Assembly (NCBI GenBank): GCA_963767925.1 | Contig: CAVYGB010000008.1 | Coordinates: forward strand, 2,656,001 to 2,720,000 | DNA: 64,000 nucleotides | Source of the DNA: an uncultured delta proteobacterium | GTDB taxonomy: Bacteria > Myxococcota_A > Polyangia > Fen-1088 | Reading direction: 5' to 3' | Shown: piece after piece, positions 1 to 12,582 of the stretch | Layout of the letters: every line of letters begins with the position of its first letter | Numbering within the stretch: the first letter of the stretch is position 1 | The notes under the pieces: generated by a model | What the model saw: only the letters and a program-made list of their open reading frames with translations | Database searches by the model: none | What the model was told of the DNA's origin: nothing | Program-made: the position numbers and the translations under genes

Positions 1-809
1 AGCCCGGCGGCCCGGTCCAGCCCGGCCAGCATCCGCAGCGCGGCCGGGTAGTCGGAGCGGCGCTCGAGGGCGGCGTTCAGGGCGGCCCGGGCCGGCGCCG
101 GCTTGCCCATCGCCAGGTGCACGAGGGCCATGTACCGGCGCGCTTCCGGCACCTTGGGATCGATCAGCAGAGCCTTCGACAGCACCTCGAGGGCCCGGGC
201 GGCCCGGGTGGGCAGCGCCCGGTTGGCCTGGAAGGCGCCGACGCCCCGGCCGTAGAGGACGAAGGCGTAGGGGTCGCGGGCGAAGGGGGCCTTGCCCACC
301 AGGCTCGCCGTGTCCGGGAGCAGGCGCAGGCCCGGGGTGAGGCTGAAAGCGGCGATGGCCGCCTCCAGGCCCAGGGCATGGGCGTCTTCCTTGGCCCCCG
401 CGCTCGAGGCGCTGGCGGCGATCTCGTCGGGCGTGGCGGTGGGCCGGATCTGGACGGTGACCGCCAGCTTGCCGTCGGACGTTCGCTCGAACGAGCCGGT
501 CACCTGCCAGCGGGCGCTCGGCACCGGCGCCCGCGCGAACAGCTCGGGCGGTCCCTCGAACCGGAAGGGGGGCACGGTGGCCAGCCGCTCGGCCAGCAAG
601 GCCGGCAGCCCGTGGCGGAGATAGTCCAGGGTGGGCGTCCCCTTGGTGTTGACGAAAGGCTGCACCACGAAACCCTCGCGCCCACCCGGGGCCGCCGCCG
701 CCGGCCCCCAGCCCGCCAGCAGCGCGCAACCCACCGCCGCCCAGATCGGCGCACCCCGGCCGCCGCCGCCCCCGATGGGCCTACCTCCTCGCGAACACCC
801 CCGGCGCAT
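1..809 (-). CDS. Secreted tetratricopeptide-repeat protein (partial, runs off the window start)
   Basis: Manual translation from ATG 809 (alternative in-frame ATG 821): signal-like IWAAVGCALLAGWGPAAAA, then FVVQPFVNTKG...LAERL, then TPR-like ALEVLSKALLIDPKVPEARRYMALVHLAMGK. No stop before base 1. Absent from the ORF track because it is truncated. Confidence 0.7.
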   Translation of the reverse strand, partial: MRRGCSRGGRPIGGGGGRGAPIWAAVGCALLAGWGPAAAAPGGREGFVVQPFVNTKGTPTLDYLRHGLPALLAERLATVPPFRFEGPPELFARAPVPSARWQVTGSFERTSDGKLAVTVQIRPTATPDEIAASASSAGAKEDAHALGLEAAIAAFSLTPGLRLLPDTASLVGKAPFARDPYAFVLYGRGVGAFQANRALPTRAARALEVLSKALLIDPKVPEARRYMALVHLAMGKPAPARAALNAALERRSDYPAALRMLAGLDRAAG

Positions 810-923
810 TTTCCCCAACATCGGCAGCGGGGGGGCCCGGATACAGCGCCCAACCGCTCGAATAACCGGGTTTTCACTCCTCAATCCCCGGCCGCGCCAC
901 CCGAAGCTTGATCTCGAGCCTCC

Positions 924-3468
924 ATGCCCAAGATCCGTCCCACGCTGCGCGCCCTGCTGCGCATCTTCCTCGGCAGCGCGCTCGGCGCGACCTTGCTGCT
1001 GGGGTCGCTGGCCGGGTGGGCGGTCCACGAGTTCCGCTCCGACCTGCCGCCCAACCTCGACGTGCTCACCGACTACCGCCCCTTGCGGGCCAGCCAGATC
1101 TTCAGCGCCGACGGGGAGATGATCGGCGAGTTCTTCGTGGAAAAACGGGTCCTGATGCCCATCGAGCGCTTGCCCGACACGGTCAAGAAGGCCTTCGTGG
1201 CTGCCGAGGACGCCCGCTTTTACGAGCACCACGGCATCGACTACATGGGCATCTTGCGGGCCGCCTGGGCCAACCTGCTGGCCGGGCGAAGTGGTGCAGG
1301 GGGGCTCGTCGATCACCCAGCAGGTGGCCAAGCTGCTCATCGTGGGCCAGGAGCGATCCCTGGCCCGCAAGATCCGGGAGGCCCTGCTCGCCTTCCGCAT
1401 CGAGAACCGCCTGGGCAAGGACCAGATCCTCGGCATCTACCTCAACCACGTCTACCTCGGCTACGGGGCCTACGGGGTGGCCGCCGCGGCCAACGCCTAC
1501 TTCGGCAAGAGCCCCAGCGACCTCAGCGTGGGCGAGGCCGCCATGCTGGCCGCCCTGCCGAAGGCTCCCTCGCGCATCACCCCCTTTCACGACTTCCCCC
1601 GGGCCCAGGCCCGCCAGCGCTACGTGCTCGACCAGATGGTCGAGAACGCCTACCTCACCGCCGCCGAAGGCGCCACCGCCCGGCGCGAGCCCCTGGTGCT
1701 GGTCACCGACCGCCGGACCTTGACCAACGTGGCCGCGCCCTACTTCGTCGAGACGGTGCGCCGCCACGTGGCCGAGCGCTACGGCAGCGAGGAGCTGATG
1801 GCCAACGGCTTCCGCATCCACACAACGCTCGACATGCGCATGCAGCGGGCGGCCGAGGCGGGCGTGCGCCGGGGCCTCGAGGATCTGGCCCGCCGGCTCG
1901 GCTTCTCCGGCCCCATCGCCCGGCTGACGCCGGAGCAGGCCCGCCAGCTCACCCGGGGTCGCCCCCGCCCGCTGGCCCCCACCGGGTTCTCGATCGACGA
2001 CGAGGAGCAGGGGGGCGCGCTGGTCCCGGTGGCGGCGCCCCAGGCCGCGCTGATCGACACGACCCAGCCGGGCGCCCGCCTGGGCGAGCCGATGGCCCGC
2101 TACGTGGCCGGAGAGGCCTGGGCGGCCAAGCGGCGGGCCGCTCGCGAGCCGCCCCCACCCTCTTTCCCCACTGACCCCGACACCACCTACGCCGCGGTTG
2201 TCGCCGCCCTCACCCCGGCGGTGACGGTGGCGTCCGGTGGCCTGCAGGTGAAGCTCGAGCCCTCCGACGCCGCCCAGATCCTCGCCTGGAAGGGCCCCGC
2301 CGGGCGCACCATCAGCGTCGGCGACGTGTTGCCGGTCCAGTTCCGCAACAACGACCCGCCGCCGCCCCCGCCTCCCGGCCCCGGGCGGCGCTCCGCCACG
2401 CCCCGGCCGCCGCCCCCCACCGCGGTGCTGGCGCGAACCCCCAACGTCGAGGGCGCCCTCATCGCGCTCGATCCCCGCACCGGCCACCTGCTGGCCATGG
2501 TCGGCGGCTACGACTACGGGCGCAGCCAGTTCAACCGGGCCATCCAGGCCCGGCGGCAGATCGGGTCGGCCATCAAGCCCTTCATCTACGCCGCCGCCAT
2601 CGACCGGGGACTCACCCCCCTCACCATCCGCTGGGACGCGCCCGTCCGCTTCAAGACCGCCTCGGGGATCTGGGCGCCCCACAACTACAAACCCGAGTAC
2701 CTGGGGCCGATGACCCTGCGGACGGCGCTCGCCAAGAGCATCAACACCATCTCCGCCCAGCTCACCGCCGAGATGGGCGTCGACCCCGTGATCGAGATCA
2801 TGCGTGCGCTCGGGGTGCGCTCCAACCTGCCCCGCCAGATTTCCCTGTCTCTCGGCACCGCCGACCTCGGCCTGGCCGAGGTGGCCTACGCCCTGGCCGC
2901 CTTCCCCGCCGGGGGAAAGGTGGTCAACCCCCTGTCGATCGTGCGCATCTCCGACTCCGACGGGCGCACCCTGGAAGACCACAGCCGGGGCCTGGAGCGA
3001 CCGGTGCGCTTGTCACCGGAGACCGCCTACCTCGTCACCGACATGATGAAAGGGGTGGTCGAGGCCGGTACCGCCCGCAAGGCGCAAGCCCTCGGCCGCC
3101 CCGCCGCCGGCAAGACCGGCACCTCCACCAACTACCGCGACGCCTGGTTCTTCGGCTTCACGCCCGACCTGATGTGTGGGGTCTGGGTGGGCCGGGACGA
3201 CTTCAAGCCCATCGGTCACGACGTCACGGGCGGGCAGGCCGCTCTGCCGATCTGGCTCGATTTCATGCGTTCCGCCCTGCATGGCCGCCCGATCCGCGAC
3301 TTCGCGGTGCCAGCCGGCGTGGTCCTGGCCCGGGCCAATCCCGAGACCGGCGCGCCGGCCGCGCCCAACGCCCCCAAGAGTCGGCTCATCCCCTTCCGGC
3401 GAGGCACCTTGCCTCCGGCCTTCCGCAACCCGACCACCTCCGGCCGTTTCTCCGACGTGTCGTTCTGA
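924..3468 (+). CDS. mrcA: Class A penicillin-binding protein (PBP1A family), one apparent frameshift near 1287
   Basis: N-terminal TM; transglycosylase motifs AEDARFYEHHG, QGGSSITQQVAK, RKIREA; transpeptidase motifs SAIK (SxxK), SIN (SxN), KTGT. ORFs 924.. and 1291..3468 join if one base is removed from GGGCGAAGTG. Confidence 0.92.
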
Positions 3469-3683
3469 GTTTTTCGCCGACCAGAGCGTCCCGGCCGGCG
3501 AGTGATAAACTCGTGCCGCGGCCCCTCAAGCAGAACGTCCCGACTTCCGAGAGAAGACGGGACAACAGGTACCGTTCACCGGTAACTTCGAACACCTGGA
3601 CGAGACCTGAAGTAAACGAGACCGTAAGATCGACTGCAGTCGAAGCTGAGCGAACCGGATCGACAAACGCCGCGCGCACCGTC

Positions 3684-3711
3684 TTGACACGTTTTGGGAC
3701 CTCTATAAGAT
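3684..3711 (+). promoter_or_regulatory. Sigma70-type promoter for the aglR-like operon
   Basis: TTGACA (3684-3689), 16-nt spacer, TAAGAT (3706-3711), about 110 nt upstream of ATG 3821. Confidence 0.65.
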
Positions 3712-3792
3712 AGCCAGCGGGAAGGCGCATTCGGATTCAGCGGAGACCTCCCACGCAGTCACTTTCGCGGGGATAAGACAGCAAGAACCTGG

Positions 3793-3810
3793 GCGAGCAC
3801 GCGTGCTCGC
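3793..3810. repeat. Perfect 18-bp palindrome directly before the RBS
   Basis: GCGAGCACGCGTGCTCGC is its own reverse complement and is followed immediately by GGAGG and ATG 3821. Confidence 0.8.
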
Positions 3811-3820
3811 GGAGGCTGAG

Positions 3821-4462
3821 ATGCAAGCATTCGCAGAGTTCCTGGAAAAGGGCGGGCCGCTGATGTACTTCAACCTCGGCTGCTCGGTCATCGTGGTCGC
3901 CTTGATCGTCGACCGGTTGATCTTCTTTCTCGGCCGCAGCAGCGTGAACGCGAAAGCCTTCCTCGAGCAGATCCGCAAGCTCGTCCTGGCCAACAACGTC
4001 GACCGGGCCGTCAAGCTCTGCTCGGCCACCACCGCCCCGGTCGCTCAGGTGGCGCGGGCGGGCCTGCAGCGCATGCACAAGGGCGAGATCGCCATCGCCC
4101 AGTCGATCGAGGAGACGCTGGTCGACGTGACGCCCCTGCTGAAGAAGCGGATCCAGATCCTCTGGTCGCTGGCCAACATCGCCGTGCTCATCGGTCTGCT
4201 CGGCACCGTGCTCGGTCTCATCACCGCCTTCGGCGCGGTGGCCGCCGCCAAGCCCGAGGAGAAGACGGCCATGCTCTCGAAGGGCATCTCCGAGGCCCTC
4301 AACAACACCGCCATGGGTCTGGGCATCGCCGTCACCTGCATCATCGCCCACGCCATCTTCTCGGCCTTCTCGAAGAAGCAGGTCGCCGACCTGGAGACCT
4401 TCTCGCTGAAGCTGGAAAACCTGCTGGCCGAGTCGGCGGGCTCGGGCGCGCCGCGGAGCTGA
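3821..4462 (+). CDS. aglR: MotA/TolQ/ExbB-family proton channel, AglR-like gliding motor subunit
   Basis: GGAGG RBS; three TM segments; LIGLLGTVLGLITAF and GISEALNNTAMGLGIAV motifs; followed by two ExbD/TolR genes as in myxobacterial aglRQS. Confidence 0.8.
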   Translation: MQAFAEFLEKGGPLMYFNLGCSVIVVALIVDRLIFFLGRSSVNAKAFLEQIRKLVLANNVDRAVKLCSATTAPVAQVARAGLQRMHKGEIAIAQSIEETLVDVTPLLKKRIQILWSLANIAVLIGLLGTVLGLITAFGAVAAAKPEEKTAMLSKGISEALNNTAMGLGIAVTCIIAHAIFSAFSKKQVADLETFSLKLENLLAESAGSGAPRS

Positions 4463-4526
4463 GCGGGCCAGCTCGGCCTAGCCAGCAACTCGGGGCAACC
4501 AGTTCTCGACGGCAAGGACTCAGACG

Positions 4527-5056
4527 ATGACCCGCAAGCAGGTCCGGGCCGCCATGCGGCGGATGAAGGACCACTCGGAGGAAGCCGAGGAGGAGACGGT
4601 CGAGCTCAACCTCGTCCCTTACCTCGACATCGTCACCAACATCATCATCTTCCTGCTCGCCTCGGTCGCCTACAACGTGAACTTCGGCAACGTCAACGTC
4701 ACCCTGCCCATCCTGGCTCTCAGGGCGCCGGGGCGGCGGCGACGAGCCCGAGAAGCCGCCCCTGAACCTGACCGTCACCGCCGGCGGCGACGGGCTTCAC
4801 CATCGGGGCCTCGGGCGGCATGTTGCCGGCCATCCCCAAGCTGCCCCACGGGCGAGTACGACTACAAGGCGCTGACCCAGAAGCTGATGGAGATCAAGGC
4901 GGTCCCCGACAACGGCCGACGAGACCAAGGCCACCTTCAACGCCGACGCCCACATCCCCTACCAGATCGTGATCGCAAACCCTGGACGCCATGCGGGAGG
5001 ACACCAACGGCAAGTTGCTGTTCCCCGACGTGGTCTTTTCGGCCGGGATTCTCTGA
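4527..5056 (+). CDS. aglQ: ExbD/TolR-family protein, AglQ-like (several apparent frameshifts 4720-4980)
   Basis: ELNLVPYLDIVTNIIIFLL TM with the conserved Asp. Downstream fragments in other frames give ADAHIPYQIVI and LLFPDVVFSAGIL, ending TGA 5054-5056. Confidence 0.7.
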
Positions 5057-5066
5057 AGGAGCGGTC

Positions 5067-5633
5067 ATGAGCGCGATTGCCCAGCAGATGTCGCGGTTCC
5101 AGGGGAAAAAGGCCATCCGCTCCTTCGCCCGCAAGCTGGCCGAGCCCGAGACCATCCGCGAGCTGAACATCACCCCGATGATGGACATGATGACCATCAT
5201 CCTGGTGTTCCTGCTGAAGAACTTCAGCGGCTCGACCCAGATGATCACCCTCGACCAGAACCTGCAGGTGCCCGCCTCGGTCACCCAGCTGCGGGCCAAG
5301 GAGGCGGTCGCGCGTCACGATCACCAAGAAGGTGATCATCGTCGAGGGTGAGCCGGTCGCCCCCATCACCAACGGCAAGGTCGACTCCTCGCTCAAGCCC
5401 GACGGCGAAAACGGCTACCAGATCCAGCCCATCGTCGCACATGCTCGACCAGCATCGCTCGAACCGCGAGCGCAAGGTGGCCGAGCTGAGCGGCGACACG
5501 TTCGCGAGCGAGCTGATGATCGTGGCCGACCAGAGCCACGCCCTACCGGCTGCTGATCGAGGTCCTCTACTCCTGCGGGCAGGCCGGCTACTCGAACTAC
5601 CGCCTCGTCGTCCTCAAGAACAGCGACGAGTAG
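5067..5633 (+). CDS. aglS: ExbD/TolR-family protein, AglS-like (apparent frameshifts near 5312, 5438, 5537)
   Basis: AGGAG RBS; ELNITPMMDMMTIILVFLLK TM motif; C-terminal MIVADQ..PYRLLIEVLYSCGQAGYSNYRLVVLKNSDE, stop TAG 5631-5633. Confidence 0.72.
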
Positions 5634-5814
5634 CGTCCCCCGCGCCGGCCCGCCTCCGGCCGAGCTTCGACCTGATCGCGCCGGCGCCCCCGCCCGAAGA
5701 CCGACGGCCGGCGACCCCCGAAGCTGGCAACGCCTGGAAAGAGCGGGACAAATTCGCGGATTTCGCGGCGTCCGGGAGTGACTTCTGGCGGCGCTTCGTC
5801 TCTAATAGTCGCCC

Positions 5815-8296
<2,482 letters not shown>

Positions 8297-8319
8297 CCCC
8301 GGCCCTCGCGAGCGCACGG

Positions 8320-8383
8320 GAGAGGGCCCCCGCCCTCTCTCGGCGCCGCGGCTGGCTGGACCCGGGACCCCTGCGGGTCCCGG
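8320..8383. terminator. Two GC-rich hairpins between convergent genes
   Basis: GAGAGGGC...GCCCTCTC and CCGGGACCC-CTGC-GGGTCCCGG lie between the hppA stop and the stop of the convergent membrane protein; no clear U-tract. Confidence 0.4.
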
Positions 8384-8401
8384 CGCGTTCCCCTCCCTCT
8401 C

Positions 8402-9196
8402 TCAGGGCTGGCGAAGATACCGGACGACGGGGAGGACGAAGGGCAGCAGGGCCAGGGTCACCCAGGCCACGCCCACCGCCGGTGACCCCTGCAGCGCCCA
8501 GAGGCCGGCGGTGGGGAGGTCGACGTCGGTGACGCTGAGGGTGAGCTCTCCGCTGTTGGCCGCCACCGCCAGCAGGGCCCCCGCTGCTCCGGAGAGCGCG
8601 AACAGGCCCCAGGCGCGCAGGCGGATCAGCCCGGACAGGCCAGCCACCGCCAGCAGCAAAGCCAGGCCGCCGAGCAGCAACATCTGGTCACCCTCGCGCG
8701 GGGCCAGGGCCCACATGATCAGCGTCGGCAAGGAGGCCGCACCCCGGGTGACGGCCTTGCCCAGCCGGGCCACTCCGAATTCGTCCATCGCGTAGCGCTC
8801 GCGCCAGGTGGGCTGCAGCTCGAAGCGGCTGGACATCTTGGTCCCCATCAGCGCCGCCACGATGACCCCGTGCAAGACGGTGTAGATCGCCAGCGAGGGG
8901 TGCCAGCCGATCATCACCAGCGACATCAGGCCCAGCATGAAGCCGGACCACCCCAACCCCGAGGCGAACCAGCGCGCCCAGAACCACTGCGCGGCCAGGG
9001 CCAGGAACGCCGTGAGGTAACAGATCATCAGCCCCGCGAAGACGGGGGCCCAGCCTGGCGGGGCGTTCAGCGCCACCAGGAAGTAGAGGATGCCGAAGAA
9101 GCTGAGCGACAAGAGCGCGACCGCCGCCCGCTCCCGCTCGTAACCCAGCTCCTTGAGGACCGCCTTCGCCTGCTTGAGTCGCTCCAACCAATCCAT
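8402..9196 (-). CDS. Multi-pass membrane protein of unknown function
   Basis: MDWLERLKQAKAVLKELG followed by about 7 hydrophobic segments. The longer 578-aa ORF-track version overlaps pckA out of frame and is not credible. Confidence 0.75.
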   Translation of the reverse strand: MDWLERLKQAKAVLKELGYERERAAVALLSLSFFGILYFLVALNAPPGWAPVFAGLMICYLTAFLALAAQWFWARWFASGLGWSGFMLGLMSLVMIGWHPSLAIYTVLHGVIVAALMGTKMSSRFELQPTWRERYAMDEFGVARLGKAVTRGAASLPTLIMWALAPREGDQMLLLGGLALLLAVAGLSGLIRLRAWGLFALSGAAGALLAVAANSGELTLSVTDVDLPTAGLWALQGSPAVGVAWVTLALLPFVLPVVRYLRQP

Positions 9197-9321
9197 GATG
9201 GCCCTATTATGCATCGTCCGAGACAGGCGCTCCATGCAGCGCCCAGCCTCCTCCCGGCCGCGGTGGGTCAGTGGGTGACGGAGGCCGCAGGGAGGCCCCG
9301 GGAGGGATGCGGACCGGTCGG

Positions 9322-10923
9322 TCAGGCGCGCGGGCCCGCGGCCCGGACCTCGGGTGAGCAGGCTTCGGCGTAGAGGGCGAAGTTCTTCCGGAACAGCTCC
9401 GCCACCTGCCGGGCGCGCGCGTCGTAGGCGTCGGGGTCGGCCCAGGTGGAGCGGGGCTGCAAGACGTCGTCGGGCACCCCCGGGCAGGTGGTGGGGACCT
9501 CGAGGCCGAACACCGGATCGGTGACCGTGGGGATCTTCTCGAGCGCGCCCGAGAGGATGGCGGTCACGACCGCGCGGGAGACGGCGATCTTCATCCTGCT
9601 CCCCACGCCGTAAGGACCTCCGGTCCAACCCGTGTTGACCAGCCAGCACCGGACGTTGTGGCGGGCGAGGCGCTCGCCCAGCAGGGCGGCGTAGCGCATG
9701 GGGTGCAGGGGGAGGAAGGGGCCCCCGAAGCAGGGAGAGAACGTGGCCTTCGGCTCGGTCACTCCCGCCTCGGTGCCGGCCACCTTGGCGGTGTAGCCCG
9801 AGATGTAGTGATACATCGCCTGGGGCGTGCTCAGGCGCGCCACCGGGGGCAACACCCCGAAGGCGTCGGCGGTCAGGAAGATCACGTTGCGCGGGTGAGG
9901 GCCCTGCCCGCCCACCCGGGCCCCGGGGATGTAGAAGATCGGATAGGAGGCGCGGGTGTTCTCGGTGTGGCGAGCGTCGGCGAAGTCGGGGACCCGGGTG
10001 AACGGATCGATCACCACGTTCTCCATCACCGATCCAAAGCGGATCGCGTCCCAGATCTGCGGCTCGCTCTCGCGCCGCAGGTTGATGCACTTGGCGTAGC
10101 AGCCCCCCTCGAGGTTGAACACGCCCTCGTCGCTCCACCCCGTCTCGTCGTCGCCGATCAGGGCGCGCCCCGGGTCGGCCGACAGCGTGGTCTTGCCGGT
10201 GCCCGACAGGCCGAAGAACAGGGCGGCGTTCTGGTCGGCGGCCGCCTCGACGTTGGCCGAGCAGTGCATGGTGACGATCCCCCGCCGGGGCAGGAGGTAG
10301 TTCATCACCGAGAAGATGCTCTTCTTGACCTCACCGGCGTATTCGGTGCCGAGGACGAGCACCAGGCCACGCTCGAAGTCGATGCCGATGAAGGCGTCCG
10401 AGCGAACCCCCGCCGCCGCGCCGCCCGCGGGCAACCCGCCGGCCTGGATCACGGTGAAGGCCGGGCGGTGCTCGGCCAGCTCGGCGGGGGTGGGACGGAG
10501 GAACAGCGTGCGGGCGAACAGACACTGCCAGGCCCGTTCGCTGACCACCCGCACTGGCAGGCGGTGGGCGGGCGAGGCTCCCGCGAAGCCGTCGAACAGG
10601 AAGCTGTCGGTGCGCCGGAGGTGCGAGATCGCCTTACCGAGGAGGGCATTGAAGACCTCGACCGAGATCGGCTTCTGGGCCGGGCCCCACCAGATCTCCT
10701 TCTCGGTGTCCGGCGTCGAGACCACGTATTTGTCCTCGGCGGATCGCCCGGTCCGGGCGCCGGTGCGCACCACCAGCGCGCCGTTGTCCGCCAGAACCCC
10801 CTCTTCCCGCCGGAGGGCGGCCTCGACCAGGGCGGCGGACTGCAGGTTCCGGTGAAGCCTGCGGTCCTCTCCTGCCGCGGTCTTGGCGCCCAGCCACTCC
10901 TCCAATTCGCGCCCGGGACCCAT
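9322..10923 (-). CDS. pckA: Phosphoenolpyruvate carboxykinase (ATP)
   Basis: YAGEVKKSIF, MHCSAN, FFGLSGTGKTTLS (P-loop), LIGDDE, EGGCYAK, TENTRASYP, WLVNTGWTGG. Confidence 0.96.
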   Translation of the reverse strand: MGPGRELEEWLGAKTAAGEDRRLHRNLQSAALVEAALRREEGVLADNGALVVRTGARTGRSAEDKYVVSTPDTEKEIWWGPAQKPISVEVFNALLGKAISHLRRTDSFLFDGFAGASPAHRLPVRVVSERAWQCLFARTLFLRPTPAELAEHRPAFTVIQAGGLPAGGAAAGVRSDAFIGIDFERGLVLVLGTEYAGEVKKSIFSVMNYLLPRRGIVTMHCSANVEAAADQNAALFFGLSGTGKTTLSADPGRALIGDDETGWSDEGVFNLEGGCYAKCINLRRESEPQIWDAIRFGSVMENVVIDPFTRVPDFADARHTENTRASYPIFYIPGARVGGQGPHPRNVIFLTADAFGVLPPVARLSTPQAMYHYISGYTAKVAGTEAGVTEPKATFSPCFGGPFLPLHPMRYAALLGERLARHNVRCWLVNTGWTGGPYGVGSRMKIAVSRAVVTAILSGALEKIPTVTDPVFGLEVPTTCPGVPDDVLQPRSTWADPDAYDARARQVAELFRKNFALYAEACSPEVRAAGPRA

Positions 10924-11030
10924 CGCGCTAAGTATACGGGAGGGCTCCGCGCGTGCCAGCGGGCCACGGCGCTGCGCAGGCCTGAATACAGGCCCGCTCA
11001 GATAGCGCGGAGACCCGCGCGAGGACGCCG

Positions 11031-12305
11031 CTAGAACGTCAGGCGGGCGGCCATCCCGTTGCTGCCCGGCCCGACGAGGGGAGTCAGGTTCAAGCGCACG
11101 GAGTCGCCCGACCCGCCGAACGCCAGCCCCACGGTGTCGTCGGCCAGGTACCCGAAGTAAAACAGGACGCCGCTGGCGACCGCCAGGATCGAGCCGGCCC
11201 CCAGGGCGATGTACTGATAGCCCTCGAAGCGCTTGCCCTCGTCCTGCAGCTCGCTGACATAGCGGCTCTCGTCCGGCTGGATGGGACGCTGGCGGGTCAT
11301 CCGGTCAGGACCGCAATTCAGGTCCATGTTGTTGTTCCCGCAGGGATAGCGCCGGTACGGATCCAGGTCGCGGTTGATGCCGTTGATATCGAGGGCGAAC
11401 TTGAGGGCCAGGCCAAACCCGGTGAGGCTGGTGACCAGGGTGCTCCAGCTCGCCAGCTTGAGACCGCCCTTGCCGGAGTCGCGCAGGCTGGTCCGCAGGG
11501 TCGGATCGTCGCTCGACAGGCCGTTGCCGCCCAGCGAGGGGTCGCCCACCCCCACCGAGAGGTTGCCCGAGGGGAAAGGCGAGCCGGACGAGGAGGCCAT
11601 CTGGATCGCGACGTCGGTGGTGTTTCCGGCGCTGACCGTGACGTCGCGGCGGACCGGGGCGTAGCCCGGCTTGCTCGCCACGATCTCGCGGCGGCCGGCG
11701 GGGACGTTGCTGTGGATGAGGTCCTCGCTCCCGATCACGCCGATGGGCTGGCCGTCGAGGGCGATGGCGGTCCCGGGGACGTCCCCCCGGACGCGGATGG
11801 TGCCGAGGGCGCTCTGGCCCATCAGGGTGGCGAACCACTTCTGCACCGGGGTCTTGATGGTGGTGGGGGTCAGCAGGGCCGGGCTGATCGGCTCGGCCAC
11901 GTAGTTGTCGATCTGGCGGCGGGCGGCGTCGAGCAGCTTCAAGGTGACGACGTAACCGTCGCCGGCCGAGCGCTTGACGCTCCCGAAGATGAGCTTGGCG
12001 GCCCCCAGCCCCTTGGCGGCGTCGGCCATGCAGGACGGCGCCTCGTCGGGACAGGAGAACATGATCTTGATCGCGAGCAGCTCCCGCCCGGCCACGAGGC
12101 GCGTGCCCCGCTCGACCGAGGCCCGCTGGCGAAGGGCATCCGTCAGCGCAACGGCCACGGACTCGGGCGCGCCCTCGGCGGCCTCGATCCCCAGGATCGC
12201 CATCGTGCTGTCGGCAGCAAGTGCCCGGCCTGCAGCGAGAGTAGCCGCCAGGCTAGCGATTGCCGCAAACAACCCGAACCTCGCGAAAACACGAAAGGCT
12301 TTCAT
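11031..12305 (-). CDS. Secreted PEGA-domain protein
   Basis: Signal peptide; PEGA-like GTIRVRGDVPGTAIALDGQPIG...VPAGRREIVASKPGY; C-terminal hydrophobic helices and terminal ARLTF typical of myxobacterial envelope proteins. Confidence 0.72.
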   Translation of the reverse strand: MKAFRVFARFGLFAAIASLAATLAAGRALAADSTMAILGIEAAEGAPESVAVALTDALRQRASVERGTRLVAGRELLAIKIMFSCPDEAPSCMADAAKGLGAAKLIFGSVKRSAGDGYVVTLKLLDAARRQIDNYVAEPISPALLTPTTIKTPVQKWFATLMGQSALGTIRVRGDVPGTAIALDGQPIGVIGSEDLIHSNVPAGRREIVASKPGYAPVRRDVTVSAGNTTDVAIQMASSSGSPFPSGNLSVGVGDPSLGGNGLSSDDPTLRTSLRDSGKGGLKLASWSTLVTSLTGFGLALKFALDINGINRDLDPYRRYPCGNNNMDLNCGPDRMTRQRPIQPDESRYVSELQDEGKRFEGYQYIALGAGSILAVASGVLFYFGYLADDTVGLAFGGSGDSVRLNLTPLVGPGSNGMAARLTF

Positions 12306-12582
12306 AGGCTTTTAACGGGGGAATGTTTCCGCAGCGGTCGGAGCTTGTCAATGTGAGAGCCCCCGCGGCCGGCGCGCCAACGTGCGATTTCGTTACCGCG
12401 CTGTCGCGGAAGGCAGGCCCTATGACGCATCGAGCTCAAGGGTCTCGCGGCCCCCGACTCGGCGCCCCCGGAGGCCGGCGGGGGGGCTCGCCGATGTAAC
12501 CTCGCGTACATCCAGGCGAGGCCGGCCGGGTGCCACGCGCCGCAAGTGCCCGTTGCCAGCGCGTATCTGGTGATACCGTTAG

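Noticed and set aside
3386..3730. 114-aa minus-strand ORF in the mrcA-aglR gap
   Set aside because: It overlaps the mrcA 3' end and the aglR promoter, has atypical codon usage and no recognisable motif.
9197..10138. N-terminal extension of the 8402 membrane protein to 578 aa
   Set aside because: The extension overlaps pckA in another frame and is low-complexity; the protein-like sequence begins near ATG 9196.
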